The notes below the pieces were generated by a model. The model was not told the origin of the DNA and ran no database searches. It saw only the letters and a program-made list of their open reading frames with translations. Shown here piece after piece: positions 48,286 to 57,392 of a stretch of DNA of 64,000 nt; position 1 is the first letter of the stretch; each line of letters opens with the position of its first letter. The position numbers were made by a program, and so were the translations under genes. Source of the DNA: an uncultured Myxococcales bacterium (lineage in GTDB: Bacteria; Myxococcota_A; UBA9042); contig CAIYWC010000179.1 in the NCBI GenBank assembly GCA_903929795.1, positions 539 through 64,538 on the forward strand. The letters run 5' to 3'.

Positions 48286-49277
48286 GCTTGCACCGCGTGG
48301 CGGCCTTTGCGCCGTCCAACATCGCCCTGACGAAATACTGGGGCAAGCGCGATCACACGCTGAATTTGCCGCTGGCTTCCTCGATTTCCGTGACGCTGAG
48401 CGAGCTGGGCTCGCTGACCGTGTGCGCGCCGGAGGCCGGACTGACGCACGATGTGATGGCCGTGGACGACCGGCCGCTCGACGACGCCGGCATGATCAAA
48501 GTGCGGCGCGTCTTGGGAATCATTCGCGAAATGGCCGGTTCGGACGTGCACGCGGGGCTGAATTCAATCAACACCGTGCCGACCGCGCGCGGACTGGCTT
48601 CCAGCGCGTCCGCTTTTGCCGCGCTGGCGGTGGCGGCGTCCAACGCGTACGGCCTGGATCTGGACAGGGCCGCGCTGTCGCGGCTGGCGCGGACGGGCTC
48701 TGGCTCGGCGAGCCGGTCCATCCACGGCGGCTTCGTGCAATGGGAGCGCGGCGAGCGGGCCGACGGCGCGGATTCGGAAGCGCGCCAGCTGTTCAGCGCG
48801 GACCACTGGCCGCTGACCATCCTCGTGGCGCAAGTCCGCGATGGCAAAAAGAAAGTCTCGTCGACCAGCGGCATGCGCATGGCTGCGTCGGACTCGCTGA
48901 CGTTTCGCGGCTGGATCGAGCAGTGCGAAAAAGACGTCGTTGCGTGCCAATCCGCCTTGGCAAACAAGGACATGGAACGGCTGGCGGACGTTGTCGAAGG
49001 CAACGCGATGGCGATGCACGGCACGATGATGGCCAGCCGGCCGCCGCTGCTGTACTGGCAGCCCGCGACGGTGGGAATCATCCATACGATTCGGAACTTG
49101 CGCGCGGAAGGCACGGCGTGCTGCTTCACGATCGACGCCGGCTCGTCGGTTGTCGTGCTGGTGGAGCCGAGCGACGCCGGCCCGGTGGCGCAAGCGCTGG
49201 CAGACATCGACGGCGTGGAAGCGGTGCTGCAGACGCGCGTGGGCGACGGCGCGCGCCTGGTGCCTGAACGTGGCTGA
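48282..49277 (+). CDS. mvaD: Diphosphomevalonate decarboxylase
   Basis: NIALTKYWGKRD and ARGLASSASAFAAL motifs. ATGA overlap with mvk. Confidence 0.85.
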   Translation: MSLHRVAAFAPSNIALTKYWGKRDHTLNLPLASSISVTLSELGSLTVCAPEAGLTHDVMAVDDRPLDDAGMIKVRRVLGIIREMAGSDVHAGLNSINTVPTARGLASSASAFAALAVAASNAYGLDLDRAALSRLARTGSGSASRSIHGGFVQWERGERADGADSEARQLFSADHWPLTILVAQVRDGKKKVSSTSGMRMAASDSLTFRGWIEQCEKDVVACQSALANKDMERLADVVEGNAMAMHGTMMASRPPLLYWQPATVGIIHTIRNLRAEGTACCFTIDAGSSVVVLVEPSDAGPVAQALADIDGVEAVLQTRVGDGARLVPERG

Positions 49278-50217
49278 GCTGGCTGCGGTACCGGGCAAGC
49301 TGATGCTGGCGGGCGAGTACGCGGTGCTGCGGCCTCATGGTCTTGCGCTGGCCGTCGCGGTGGGCCAGGTCGCGCGGGCCAGGCTGTCCCCGGGCGAGCC
49401 GGGGGTCACGGTGCACGCCTTTGACCAGACGTTTGCCCTCGCGGCCAACCAGCACGAGGCAACCGGCCTGCCGGGATTTGCCGCCCGGGCGCTGGGCTGG
49501 CTCGCGGAGTACCATGGCCTGCGGCTGAAACGGCATCTGACGCTGGAAGTCGCTGGTGCGGTTGGCGGGGCAAAAGTCGGGCTGGGAACGAGCGCCGCGG
49601 TGACGGTGGCGACGCTGCGTGCGGTGCTCCAGGGCGCGCAGGTGGTGTGGCCGGCGGACCAGGTTGCGGACGCCGCGCGGCAGATCCACGGCGCCGGTCA
49701 GGGCGCAGGCAGCGGCTACGACGTCACGGCCATCGCTTTTGGCGGCTGCGTGGCCTATGCGCGCACGCCCGACCGCGCGCACCGCTTGGCATGGCCCGCT
49801 GGCCTGCATGGCCTCGCGCTGTTCTCGGGCGCGCCGGCGCTGACCCAGGCCGCGCTGGAGCGGGTGCCGATCGCGGATGCGCACCTCGACGCGATCGATC
49901 GCGCGGCCCGACAGCTGCTGGCTGTCTGGCAGGGCGCGCCGGCGGCTATTCTCGCGGCGCTGCAGGCGTGCGATGCCGCTTTTTTGCAAGCCGCGACGGC
50001 TGATCCTGGACTCGTGCCGCCGCATGTCGCTTCCGTCCGCGCGCGCATTGCCGCCCACGGGTGCGTCGCACGCGCGTCGGGTGCCGGCGGTGGCGACTGC
50101 GTGCTGGCGTTTGCCGCCGACGCCGTCGCGCTCGCCAGCCTTGCCGCCGATTGGCGCGCGGGCGGCGGTCACGTCGTCGCATCCCTTCCCCAAGACATTG
50201 CCCCGGAGGCCGCGTGA
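49270..50217 (+). CDS. Phosphomevalonate kinase (GHMP family)
   Basis: PGKLMLAGEYAVL N-terminal motif and GLGTSAAVTVA loop. The GTG start overlaps the mvaD stop. Confidence 0.7.
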   Translation: MAELAAVPGKLMLAGEYAVLRPHGLALAVAVGQVARARLSPGEPGVTVHAFDQTFALAANQHEATGLPGFAARALGWLAEYHGLRLKRHLTLEVAGAVGGAKVGLGTSAAVTVATLRAVLQGAQVVWPADQVADAARQIHGAGQGAGSGYDVTAIAFGGCVAYARTPDRAHRLAWPAGLHGLALFSGAPALTQAALERVPIADAHLDAIDRAARQLLAVWQGAPAAILAALQACDAAFLQAATADPGLVPPHVASVRARIAAHGCVARASGAGGGDCVLAFAADAVALASLAADWRAGGGHVVASLPQDIAPEAA

Positions 50218-51260
50218 GCGCACCGCATTCCCTGCCGCTGGAAACCTTCATCGCGCCATTTCTCCCGGATTGCGAGGAGTTGGCGTTGGCGCTGCTGAAC
50301 CTGCCCAACCCGCACGTGCCGGCTGGGGTGACGCGGCCGGCGGGGCAGGAGCTGCTGACGGCGATGTGCCGCGACCAATTCGCCAGCGGTGGCAAGCGGT
50401 TGCGCGCGTTGTTGACGCCGGCGATCGTCGCGGCCGCAGACGGTCCCGTGGCGGGGGCGCGCGTGTTTGGCGCGGGCGTGGAGCTGATTCACAACGGCAC
50501 GCTGGTGCACGACGACATCCAGGACGGCGACACGCTGCGGCGCGGCCGGCCGACGCTGTGGACGCAATTTGGCGTGGCCCAGGGCATCAACGCCGGCGAC
50601 GCGCTGCTGATGGGCGCCGTAGCCGGCGTTTTGCGGTCCCCGGAGATTCCCGAAGACCTCCGCGCGTCGCTGGGCGGCCTGCTCGCGGAGGCGCTGTGCG
50701 AGACGATTCGCGGTCAGGTGGCCGATCTGGCGCTGCGCGAGCTGCCGCAGCCGAGCCTGTTGGACGTCGAGTCGGTGCATTTGGCCAAGACCGGGCCGCT
50801 GTTTTCGGCCTGCTTTGTCGCCGCGGTGCGGTTGCTGCGACGCGGTGCGGTGGCGGAACGCGCGGCGTTTGAGCTTGGCCGGGAGATCGGCTTGGCGTTT
50901 CAGATCCGCGACGATCTGCTGGACCTTTTGGGCACCAAAGGCCGCGGCGACGCGGGTGCGGACTTGCGCGAGGGCAAGCCGACGTGGCCGGTGCTCGTGG
51001 CGCTGAGGGATACGCCTGGCCCAGAGGCTGACGCGATTCGGGCGCTGCTGCGGCACGCGACCCAGGGTTCTCCGCCCAGCGACGCCGAGGTCGCCCATGC
51101 GGTCGCGTGGGTGCGCGCGGCGGGCGGCGGTGCGACTGCGCAAGCGCATCTCGCCGCGACGCTGGATCGCGCCCGAGCGGCGGCGGCGCTGGCGTTTGAT
51201 GTGCCGGCCGCCGACGTGGCGCTGGCGCTCTGCGATCGGCTGGCGCGACTGGACGGCTAG
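50214..51260 (+). CDS. Polyprenyl diphosphate synthase (FPP/GGPP synthase family)
   Basis: First and second Asp-rich motifs LVHDDIQD and FQIRDDLLD, plus GGKRLRALL. The GTG start overlaps the pmk stop (GTGA). Confidence 0.8.
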   Translation: MSAPHSLPLETFIAPFLPDCEELALALLNLPNPHVPAGVTRPAGQELLTAMCRDQFASGGKRLRALLTPAIVAAADGPVAGARVFGAGVELIHNGTLVHDDIQDGDTLRRGRPTLWTQFGVAQGINAGDALLMGAVAGVLRSPEIPEDLRASLGGLLAEALCETIRGQVADLALRELPQPSLLDVESVHLAKTGPLFSACFVAAVRLLRRGAVAERAAFELGREIGLAFQIRDDLLDLLGTKGRGDAGADLREGKPTWPVLVALRDTPGPEADAIRALLRHATQGSPPSDAEVAHAVAWVRAAGGGATAQAHLAATLDRARAAAALAFDVPAADVALALCDRLARLDG

Positions 51261-52873
51261 CCGCGGCCAAAAACCGCGGACACGGCGCTGACCCAAGCCG
51301 ATTTCTCGCCGACTTCGCGCGCCAGCAGCCGCGCCAGATCGCTCGCCAAGCTGGGCTCGCCCATCGCCAGCGCGCAGTCCTTGAGCCGCAGCAGCTCGTC
51401 TTTCAGCGTCCGCGCCGCCACGTTGGTCACGACCAGCGAGTGCACGCGCAAGGCGCGAATTCGAAAGGCCGCCTCGGGCGACAGCTGCTCCAAATGCGCC
51501 AACGCCTCACGCTGAAACCGCTCGCGCAGCGGCCAGTGCAGCGCGACTTCCAGCAGCGCCTGAACGGCGTCGGGCTCCTGGGCCAGCCGGTCGGCGAGCC
51601 ACGCCACGTCGTCGTCGGCCAGCGCGCTGGACGCCAGAGCGCGGCGCTGCTCCAGCCACAGCTCCGCCGGACAGAGCTGCGCCAGCTGGTTGAACGTCTG
51701 CAGGTTTGGCCCGCGCCGCCACGCGACATTTGCCAGTTGTTGCGCAGACTTGGGATGATTCGGGAGCGCCGCGGCCAGCGCTGCCGCAATCAGCGCCTGC
51801 CAGGTCTCGCCCCGCGGGTCATAGTGGTCGGCCAGCTGCAGCACTTCGCCGTGACGGCCCTGCGCGCCAAGCACCTCCGCCAGTCCCAGCGCGCCCGGAC
51901 GCATCGGTGGCCACAGTCGCGCCAGCTCCAAGGCCGCGGGCAGGTCGCCGTGCCGCAGCAGCGCCACGACAAGCCCATCGGCCAGCGCGTCGCGGGACGT
52001 CGGCGTCGCCACTTCACGCCACGTCGCGCGCTGCGCCAGCACGCGGCCAGACAGCATCTCCGCCAGCGCCACCGCCAGCTCCGGAGAACGCATCGCGACG
52101 TGCTCCAGACCGATGGCGACATGGACCGCGACCTGCGGATGGCCTGCCTCGGCAAGGTCAAACAACAGGTTCCACTGCGGGCCCAGCTCCAGCGGCCGGT
52201 CAAGCGCCAGCCGCGCCAGCAGGCGGATCGGCGGTTCCACGGCTTCCGGCATTCCGCTGAAGACGACCTTGGTCGCGCCCAACGCCGTCAGTAGCCGTAC
52301 CGCCAGCTCGCGCGCCACCGCGTGATCCGCGCGCGCCTGGGCTTCCAGCCGGTCCACCAGCCCCAGAAGGTCCTGAATGTCGTCGGGCCCGTGGCGCAGC
52401 GACTGCCGCCAGCTCAGGGCGACCATGTCAACGGCGGCATCCAGCGGCAAGCGCGCCAAATCGCTGAGCATTTTCGCGGGATCCGGTTGCCTCGGCGGTG
52501 TCGCCGGCCGGGCCAAACGCGTGCGCAACGCCGCCAGCACATCACTCTGCTGCGTCACCGCGGCGTGGGCCTGCCGGGCCAGCCGCGCCGCCTCCAACGC
52601 CGCCGCCACCGCATGGGCGCACGGCGCATCGCCGCACGAACAGCTCGCATGCAATTCTTGACGCACGATGGACAATTCCACACGCTGTGGAACGCCGTCA
52701 AAAACCGATGCAGTAAGCATGTTTTCCGCCAGTGGCCGCACGCGGCCCACCGCGCCGTCGCGCTGCAGCCGTGAACCTTGCGACGCCGCACGCGCCCCCG
52801 CCCAAATGACCGTCGACAGTCGGTGCAGCAGCGGCGCAAACGCCGCGAAAACACTGCGCTCGTCTATCTTCAT
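51257..52873 (-). CDS. SWIM zinc-finger domain protein with large Leu/Ala-rich helical C-terminal region (539 aa)
   Basis: SWIM signature ...HASCSCGDAPCAHAVAAAL (CxC-xn-CxH). Start at MKIDERSVF, which overlaps the stop of the bfd-like gene (ATGA). Confidence 0.6.
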   Translation of the reverse strand: MKIDERSVFAAFAPLLHRLSTVIWAGARAASQGSRLQRDGAVGRVRPLAENMLTASVFDGVPQRVELSIVRQELHASCSCGDAPCAHAVAAALEAARLARQAHAAVTQQSDVLAALRTRLARPATPPRQPDPAKMLSDLARLPLDAAVDMVALSWRQSLRHGPDDIQDLLGLVDRLEAQARADHAVARELAVRLLTALGATKVVFSGMPEAVEPPIRLLARLALDRPLELGPQWNLLFDLAEAGHPQVAVHVAIGLEHVAMRSPELAVALAEMLSGRVLAQRATWREVATPTSRDALADGLVVALLRHGDLPAALELARLWPPMRPGALGLAEVLGAQGRHGEVLQLADHYDPRGETWQALIAAALAAALPNHPKSAQQLANVAWRRGPNLQTFNQLAQLCPAELWLEQRRALASSALADDDVAWLADRLAQEPDAVQALLEVALHWPLRERFQREALAHLEQLSPEAAFRIRALRVHSLVVTNVAARTLKDELLRLKDCALAMGEPSLASDLARLLAREVGEKSAWVSAVSAVFGRG

Positions 52874-53091
52874 CGCTCCCCTTCGCGAACCGGTGTCAGG
52901 CGTTCGGTCAGGATGCGCACGATCTCCGGTTGGCACGTGCCGCCGCACGGGCCACAGCCCGCCCAGGTCGTGTCAAAGATCTGCGCCAGGCTGCAGGCGC
53001 CGCCGTCGATGGCCGCGTCGATGCGAGAGCGCGACACAGAATTGCATAGGCAAATCAGCGGGTCGCGGCGATCGGGCTTGAGTTTGCGCAT
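52870..53091 (-). CDS. BFD-like [2Fe-2S]-binding domain mini-protein (73 aa)
   Basis: ICLCNSVS...AGCGPCGGTC gives the C-x-C...C-x-x-C pattern and spacing of bacterioferritin-associated ferredoxin-like domains. GC3-rich. Confidence 0.55.
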   Translation of the reverse strand: MRKLKPDRRDPLICLCNSVSRSRIDAAIDGGACSLAQIFDTTWAGCGPCGGTCQPEIVRILTERLTPVREGER

Positions 53092-53092
53092 C

Positions 53093-54100
53093 TCAGTCCA
53101 GCTGGTCCGCCAGCGCCCGTTCGAGCAGCGTCAGCACCTGCGCGGCCAGCGCGTCCTTGTCGCCGTGCAGCGTCGCGCCGGCAGCGTGTTCATGCCCGCC
53201 ACCGCCAAAATGCCGCGCCACATCGCCGATCCTCACCGCAGCTTTCGAGCGCAGCGACAGCTTCCAGTCGCCCGGAGCCCGGCCAGGCTTGAGCTGCATC
53301 GCGATCAGCACGCCGTCCACGCCGACAAAATGCGGAATCGTCTCGCCAATCGCGTCGTCGGCCAGCTGCAACCCGTCGCAGATCTCCGGGCCAAACGCCG
53401 CCCACGCGATGCGATCGCGACCGGCGAACTGCATGTGCGCCAGCACGCGCCCCAGCAGCAGCGTCTCGTCGCGGGTCCGGCTGGCAAAAAGCGCCTCCTG
53501 GACTGGGTTGGCGTCAAAGCCGGTATCCAGCAAATCCGCCGCAACGCGCAGGGTTTCCGACTGGTTGCGCAGGAAACGGAACGAGCCGGTGTCAAAGCTC
53601 ATCGCGGCGTACAGCGCGCGGGCCGCCACGGCGTCAATCGGCCACTTCAGGGCGCGCAGCAGTCGATAGACCAACTCGCCGCTCGACGAAAACTCTGTCG
53701 CGACGCAGCCTTGAAGTTCCTCGTCCGGCCTGACGGCGTGGTGATCGATGACCCATACGGCCACGCCGGCGCGCCGCAGCGTCTGGGCTGGCCGACCAGC
53801 GCGGTCGACCTCGTGGGTGTCAAAAAGCAGGCCCAAATCCGCGTCAGCCAACTGCCCCGCGTCGCGGTCAAAATGGCCGATATCGCCGTCCGGATCGAGC
53901 CACGCATAGCGTTTGGGCAGCGGATCCTCGTTCACGACGCGCGCGGTCCGCCCGGTCGCCCGCGCCGCGCGAACGAACGCGAGCTGCGCACCCAGGCCAT
54001 CGGCATCCGGCCCGACATGCGTCGACAGCAGGATGTGACCGGCCGACTGGATGCGCTCCAGCAGCCACGGTTCAAAGGGCACGCCACTCAATCGCTGCAT
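53093..54100 (-). CDS. nrnA: DHH/DHHA1 phosphoesterase, NrnA-type nanoRNase / pAp phosphatase
   Basis: DHH motif (WVIDHH) and DHHA1 motif (HFGGGGHEHAAG). Start at MQRLSGVPFE. The stop lies 1 nt from the bfd-like start. Confidence 0.8.
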   Translation of the reverse strand: MQRLSGVPFEPWLLERIQSAGHILLSTHVGPDADGLGAQLAFVRAARATGRTARVVNEDPLPKRYAWLDPDGDIGHFDRDAGQLADADLGLLFDTHEVDRAGRPAQTLRRAGVAVWVIDHHAVRPDEELQGCVATEFSSSGELVYRLLRALKWPIDAVAARALYAAMSFDTGSFRFLRNQSETLRVAADLLDTGFDANPVQEALFASRTRDETLLLGRVLAHMQFAGRDRIAWAAFGPEICDGLQLADDAIGETIPHFVGVDGVLIAMQLKPGRAPGDWKLSLRSKAAVRIGDVARHFGGGGHEHAAGATLHGDKDALAAQVLTLLERALADQLD

Positions 54101-54277
54101 GGGACCTCGCCGACCGGGAAACGGTCGATGCAACAGGATCGGTTGGCTCACGCGCGGTGTCAACGCGAATCGCTTCCGTCACCGCCGGTCAGCCCCTATA
54201 CTGTCGGCGTGGGAACGTTTCACCGCGCGGTGGTGTTGCACCCCGGACTCGTTTTTGCACAGGCGATTTGGACAGAC

Positions 54278-54970
54278 ATGAACCTCGATCAGTTGCGGCA
54301 CCTTTTTGAGCTCGGTGGTCCGACGATGTATGCCATCGCCGGACTTGGCTTCACCGGCATCGCGATCTTTGTGGAGCGCGTGCTGGCAGTTCGCACGCTG
54401 CTGACGCACGTGCGGTTGCTGGACCGGCGGATCCGCGATGCCGTGGTGGCGGGCAACCTGCCGGCGGTCCTGTCGCTGTGCTCGAAAGCGCCAGCGGGGC
54501 TGTCGCCGGTGCTCATGCGCGGCGTGGAGGCGGCGATCCGCAACGCACCGCGCGACGACATCCTGGCCGAGATGAGCCGCGACGGCCGACGGCTGCTCCT
54601 GCGGCTCAAGCGCGGATTGGGCATGCTGGCGACGCTGGGCTCCATGGCGCCGTTTACCGGGCTGTTCGGCACGGTGCTGGGTATCATGCAGGCACTGAAA
54701 AATATTGGACAATCCGGATCTGGCGGTCTGGACGTCGTCGCGGGCGGCGTGTCTGAAGCGCTGGTGAGCACCGCTGGCGGTCTGGCGGTGGCGTTGGTGA
54801 TCGTGCTGCTGCACCAGTTCCTGAAGGCGCAGCTGCAAAATGCCGTGCTGGAAGTCCAGGTACTGGTGGAGGATGCGGCCGACGACCTCGCGCGGCTGCC
54901 GCCACAAGCGCTGGTGACGGCGATGGGCAACCAAGGGCGCGCGGCGGGGGAAAACCATGGCGCGGTTTGA
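54278..54970 (+). CDS. MotA/TolQ/ExbB proton-channel family protein
   Basis: Three TM helices with a conserved C-terminal helix pair (MAPFTGLFGTVLGI...GGLAVALV). Confidence 0.8.
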   Translation: MNLDQLRHLFELGGPTMYAIAGLGFTGIAIFVERVLAVRTLLTHVRLLDRRIRDAVVAGNLPAVLSLCSKAPAGLSPVLMRGVEAAIRNAPRDDILAEMSRDGRRLLLRLKRGLGMLATLGSMAPFTGLFGTVLGIMQALKNIGQSGSGGLDVVAGGVSEALVSTAGGLAVALVIVLLHQFLKAQLQNAVLEVQVLVEDAADDLARLPPQALVTAMGNQGRAAGENHGAV

Positions 54971-55415
54971 CTGGGGCACGGCTGATGACCTGGAAGGCTC
55001 CGAGTCCGTCGACCTGAACCTGACGTCGCTGATCGACGTCGTGCTGGTGCTGCTCATCATCTTCATGGTCTCGACCGCCGCGGTGGTAACGGATCAAGGC
55101 CAGCGCGACGCGGATGCGGCCACGGCGCTCGATCTGCAGCTGCCGTCGGGCATGGTGCCGAGCGATCAGCCGCCGGCGCAGGATCTGGTCGTCAAGATGA
55201 CCAAAGACGGCGCGCTGTACAACGCGGGGACGGCGACAGATCCGAAGACGCTGGAACAGGACGTCATCGATCGGCTGGCGAAGGAGCCCAACCTGCAGGT
55301 GCGCATCGAGGCAGATCAGGAGCTGAAGTACTTACAAGTGGCTGAATTATTGGGTAAATTACAAGGTCTCGGCGTCAAGAACGTGTCGCTGGGCATGGGC
55401 GGAAAGCCGAAGTAA
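54957..55415 (+). CDS. ExbD/TolR family protein
   Basis: Single N-terminal TM (LTSLIDVVLVLLIIFMV) plus a periplasmic domain. Overlaps the upstream exbB-like gene. Confidence 0.8.
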   Translation: MARFDWGTADDLEGSESVDLNLTSLIDVVLVLLIIFMVSTAAVVTDQGQRDADAATALDLQLPSGMVPSDQPPAQDLVVKMTKDGALYNAGTATDPKTLEQDVIDRLAKEPNLQVRIEADQELKYLQVAELLGKLQGLGVKNVSLGMGGKPK

Positions 55416-55770
55416 TCGCGCGCCGCAGAAAGTTTGTGGTCCGCGCGCGGCAAAATCCAACAACCGACGAATACTGTTTTGAGGGTCAGGCTGGGCCCTT
55501 CAGCGCGAATGACGCCGTGCGTACGGACGGATGCGTCGTGCTGCCACAACCAAGCTGCGTGGCCAACGCCGGGAGCCAACCCGCGCGGCGCGACGGAGGG
55601 GCGGACGCGGCAATCGCCGCGGGGCCGCGGGCTACGGCGGGGCGACGAGCTCCGACGGAGTTCAAGGTGGTGGCGTGCCCGGGAAACCGGGGACGCAGCG
55701 GGGGAGGCTTTTTGCTGGGCCGCGTGGAGGCCCAGCGCGAAGGACGAGCCAGGCCTTTGCGGGTCCGTTG

Positions 55771-56493
55771 CTACGGCGACAGTACAATCGTCAGCGACGC
55801 GGCGGCCGAAAACGGCTGGGTCGCCCCATCCGGCGCCTGGCGCTTGCCACTGACTGTGACCGTGAACAGGTAGCTGCCCAGCGGAAAAGCGGGACCAGGC
55901 TTGTTGCCGGTGTCGGACGGGCCATTCCAGTTGTTGCCATCCCAGGCGAAATTCGTCGCGTAGTCGCCCGGGACGGTGGCAGCGAACGGCGAACCCGTTG
56001 GCGCGCAGAGGCCGACGTCGCATAGGCACCAGCTCTGGCCGCCGCCGCTGACGTGTTCAGCCGCCGCAATGCCGCCATGAAAGCTGCTCACTGGGGGCTG
56101 ACAGCCGCCCGATGTGCCGTCCATGCTGAGCGTGTTCGCGCTGGAAATCGTCAGGCCATACGGTAAGTTGAACACGCCTTTGGCCGCGCTGATGGAAAAC
56201 TTGCAGGGCGTCATGGACAAGTCGAGCTGCGCGCCGGGAATGCTGCCCGTGTACGTGGGCGCGCAGGCCGTCGCGGTGGCGTCTGTGCCGCTGGCGCTGT
56301 CCGCGTCGAGCGCTGCGTCGCTGAACGCGTCGGTACCGGCCGCTGCGGTGGCGTCGGCGGCACTATCAAGCGCGGTCGCGTCGGTGACGCCACTTTTCCC
56401 ATCGCCAGCGTCATCGCCGCCGGCCGCGGACGTGCCGGACTGGCCGCAGCCGGTGGTGATAGCCAGCGTGAGGAACCAGACAAATTGGCGCAC
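55771..56493 (-). CDS. Lipoprotein with acidic Asp/Ala/Thr linker and Cys-containing C-terminal domain
   Basis: Lipobox MRQFVWFLTLAITTGC. The same 'lipobox + D/T/A linker + Cys domain' layout as the genes at 9002, 17729 and 25107. Confidence 0.55.
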   Translation of the reverse strand: MRQFVWFLTLAITTGCGQSGTSAAGGDDAGDGKSGVTDATALDSAADATAAAGTDAFSDAALDADSASGTDATATACAPTYTGSIPGAQLDLSMTPCKFSISAAKGVFNLPYGLTISSANTLSMDGTSGGCQPPVSSFHGGIAAAEHVSGGGQSWCLCDVGLCAPTGSPFAATVPGDYATNFAWDGNNWNGPSDTGNKPGPAFPLGSYLFTVTVSGKRQAPDGATQPFSAAASLTIVLSP

Positions 56494-56584
56494 GAAATAC
56501 CCCGACCTACTGCACCGCCAGCCAGTGCATTCCCAACGTAGGCCTCAGCGGCGAGGGCGTCAAGGCGCCGGTCGGCCGACGCCC

Positions 56585-56623
56585 AAAACGCGCAAAGGCC
56601 GCCGCAGTTTCCCGCGACGGCCT
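56585..56623 (-). terminator. Candidate rho-independent terminator after rplI
   Basis: On the minus strand: AGGCCG-N16-CGGCCT, followed by TTGCGCGTTTT. Confidence 0.3.
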
Positions 56624-56647
56624 CTGCCTCAAACCCTTCCCGCTGAC

Positions 56648-57094
56648 TCAGTCCGCCGACTCGATGGTCAGCGTAATCTTCGCGCTCACGTCGCCGTGCA
56701 GCTTCGCGGTAATCGCGAATTCGCCCAGCGCCTTGATGTTCTCCGGTACGACCAGATCGCGACGGTCCACCTGGAAGCCCTGCTCGGCCAGCAACTCCGC
56801 GATTTCGCGCGAGGTCACGGTGCCAAACAGCTTGCCATCTTCGCCGGCGTGGCGCTTCACGGTCAACGTCACACCGTTCAGCTTCTGGGCGACCGTCATG
56901 GCTTCAGCTTTCGCCTTGGCCAGACGCGACGCGACCATCGCTTTCTTGTGCGCCATCTCACCGACCGCGCGCTCGTTGGCGAGCATCGCCAGGTTGCGCG
57001 GCAGCAGGTAATTGCGACCGAAACCGTCCGCAACCGTCAGGATATCGCCAATTTTGCCCACGTTGGGCACGTTTTCACGCAAAATGACTTTCAT
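56648..57094 (-). CDS. rplI: 50S ribosomal protein L9
   Basis: MKVILRENVPNVGKIGDI...NYLLP N-terminal domain. Conserved rpsF-rpsR-rplI gene order. Confidence 0.9.
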   Translation of the reverse strand: MKVILRENVPNVGKIGDILTVADGFGRNYLLPRNLAMLANERAVGEMAHKKAMVASRLAKAKAEAMTVAQKLNGVTLTVKRHAGEDGKLFGTVTSREIAELLAEQGFQVDRRDLVVPENIKALGEFAITAKLHGDVSAKITLTIESAD

Positions 57095-57104
57095 GGCGAG
57101 CTCC

Positions 57105-57392
57105 TTAATCCGCGGTCGCGCTGGAGAACGGCATCAGCGCCATGATGCGGGCGCGCTTGATCGCCTCCTGCAACTGTCGCTGGTGCGGTGCACACACGCC
57201 GGAAATGCGCCGGGGCACGATCTTGCCGCGTTCAGAAATGAACCGCTTCAACATGCTGGGCGTTTTGTAGTCGATGTAGAGCGTCTTGTCGGCGCAGAAT
57301 GGGCACACCTTGCGGCGGCCGAAACGGCGCTGACGTGCGGGTTCAGCCGCGGCGCCAGTGGGATCTTTCTCTTTGGTGTTGGTCGGCTTCAT
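57105..57392 (-). CDS. rpsR: 30S ribosomal protein S18
   Basis: CPFC...IDYK...[16 protein letters not shown] motif block. Confidence 0.9.
   Translation of the reverse strand: MKPTNTKEKDPTGAAAEPARQRRFGRRKVCPFCADKTLYIDYKTPSMLKRFISERGKIVPRRISGVCAPHQRQLQEAIKRARIMALMPFSSATAD

Noticed and set aside
52778-54277. 5' part of the 730-aa + strand ORF ending as exbB
   Set aside because: Antisense to SWIM, bfd-like and nrnA. Only the last 230 codons, from MNLDQL, match the MotA/TolQ/ExbB family.
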